Source: an uncultured Thermoleophilia bacterium (GTDB lineage: Bacteria > Actinomycetota > Thermoleophilia > UBA2241). Taken from it: a stretch of DNA of 64,000 bases. The DNA is taken from positions 576,001-640,000 of the forward strand of contig CAVQSP010000013.1 of assembly GCA_963715985.1 (NCBI GenBank), given 5' to 3'. The position numbers and the translations under genes were made by a program. This document shows, one piece after another, positions 63,201-64,000 of this stretch. The notes under the pieces were generated by a model, which worked only from the letters and a program-made list of their open reading frames with translations, did not search any database and was not told the DNA's origin. The first letter of the stretch is position 1. The number at the start of each line of letters is the position of its first letter.

Positions 63201-64000
63201 TTGAAAAGGGGGTGGCGGCGCTGCCGCCGGATCACCTGCGTCTGACCGCGCGGCTGCGGATCACGAGAGGCGGCTTTCTCTCCCGACTCGGTCGCTTCCG
63301 GGAAGCCGTCGAAGTCGGGGAAGAGGGTGTCGCGCTGGCTCGGCAGGACGGCGACGCCGCCCTCCAGGCCTACGGCCTGACCTTGCTCGGCGTCGCCTTC
63401 GACGGTCTTGGCAACTTCGACCGCAGCCTCGCCTGCCACGCCGAGGCCGTCAAGCTCTACGAGCAGGCCGGCGACCTTCACGGTCTGGCCATGAGCCATG
63501 GCAACCTGGCGGACAGCTTCTTCTTCCTCGGCGATCTTCGGGCCGCGCTCGAACACGACGAGCTCTCGCTGGCCTTGCACGCGCGCATCGGGAGCGCCAG
63601 CTGGATCGCAAGAGAGCACGCCAACCTCGGCGTGGTGCTCCTCCAGATGGGCGAGGTGGAGGGGGCGCTCGAGCACCTCCAGGAGGCGCTGAGGCTGCGA
63701 TCCTGCCAAGGCGTCAATCCAGTGGTCATCGGCATGGCGCTCGTCTTCCTCTGTCAGACTCACCTGTGCTCGGGGGACATCGAGGCGGCGTCGCGAGAGA
63801 TCGCCGAGGGACGGCGAGTGCTGGAGGGCATCAATTCCCGCGGCCTCCTGCTCGACGTCGGCATCGCGGAGGCCGAGCTTCATCAGGCGAAGGGTGAGCT
63901 GGAGGAGGCCGCGGAGTCGTGCCGCTGGGTCCTGGCCGAAGCGACGTCGATGGGGGCGGAGCTGAACCAGGTGCAGGCCTTGTGTGCGCTCGGCCGGGTG
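60232..64000 (+). CDS. Tandem class III nucleotide cyclase + STAND (AAA_16) NTPase + TPR protein, soluble-adenylyl-cyclase-like; frameshift ~62965; runs past the window end
   Basis: MADLSGFTALSE, FGGDA, KGSK...FGAP, RQYTVMGDAVNLAARLM, KVKGK, LFGRRAEL, GDAGVGKTRL, EDVHWMD, GNPLFLEE, FRHALVQDVAYESL, then TPR-like helices. Confidence 0.9.

Overview
Very GC-rich bacterial chromosome segment. Gene content and order suggest a deep-branching, probably anaerobic Actinomycetota such as Thermoleophilia; this is an inference, not a database result. Many single-base indels break even essential genes (glyS, dnaG, recO, rho), so most frameshifts are probably assembly errors and several CDS are stitched across frames. 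Layout: (1) partial pilT, two tandem NlpC/P60 hydrolases, a B12 radical SAM enzyme, Pit/DUF47, a corrinoid protein, ybdK, DUF1844 with a histone-H1-like tail, nitrilase, DUF1638, hbd and cobO; (2) a usp cassette between a 132-bp duplication of the lysA 5' end, then lysA-hom; (3) a tight cluster of PPi-type PFK, ApgM-type mutase, amylo-alpha-1,6-glucosidase-like enzyme, metallophosphoesterase, cyclic 2,3-diphosphoglycerate synthetase and 2-phosphoglycerate kinase, i.e. the archaeal cDPG pathway in a bacterium; (4) rho, a dapF with both catalytic Cys replaced by Ser, a small accessory patch, rpmE-thyX-DUF1385-prfA-[TA pair]-prmC-recO-glyQS-ppdK-GNAT-dnaG-rpoD-tRNA-Asn; (5) amtB, gctAB-like CoA-transferase, DUF1801; (6) a ~7.9-kb gene for a secreted ~2600-aa gingipain/caspase-fold protease-adhesin with nine identical GRIPGI repeats and 14 FG-GAP repeats, followed by a two-cyclase STAND-NTPase TPR protein that runs off the window. 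The best candidates for an undescribed system are blocks 3 and 6. All family calls come from motif recognition by eye; no searches were run.
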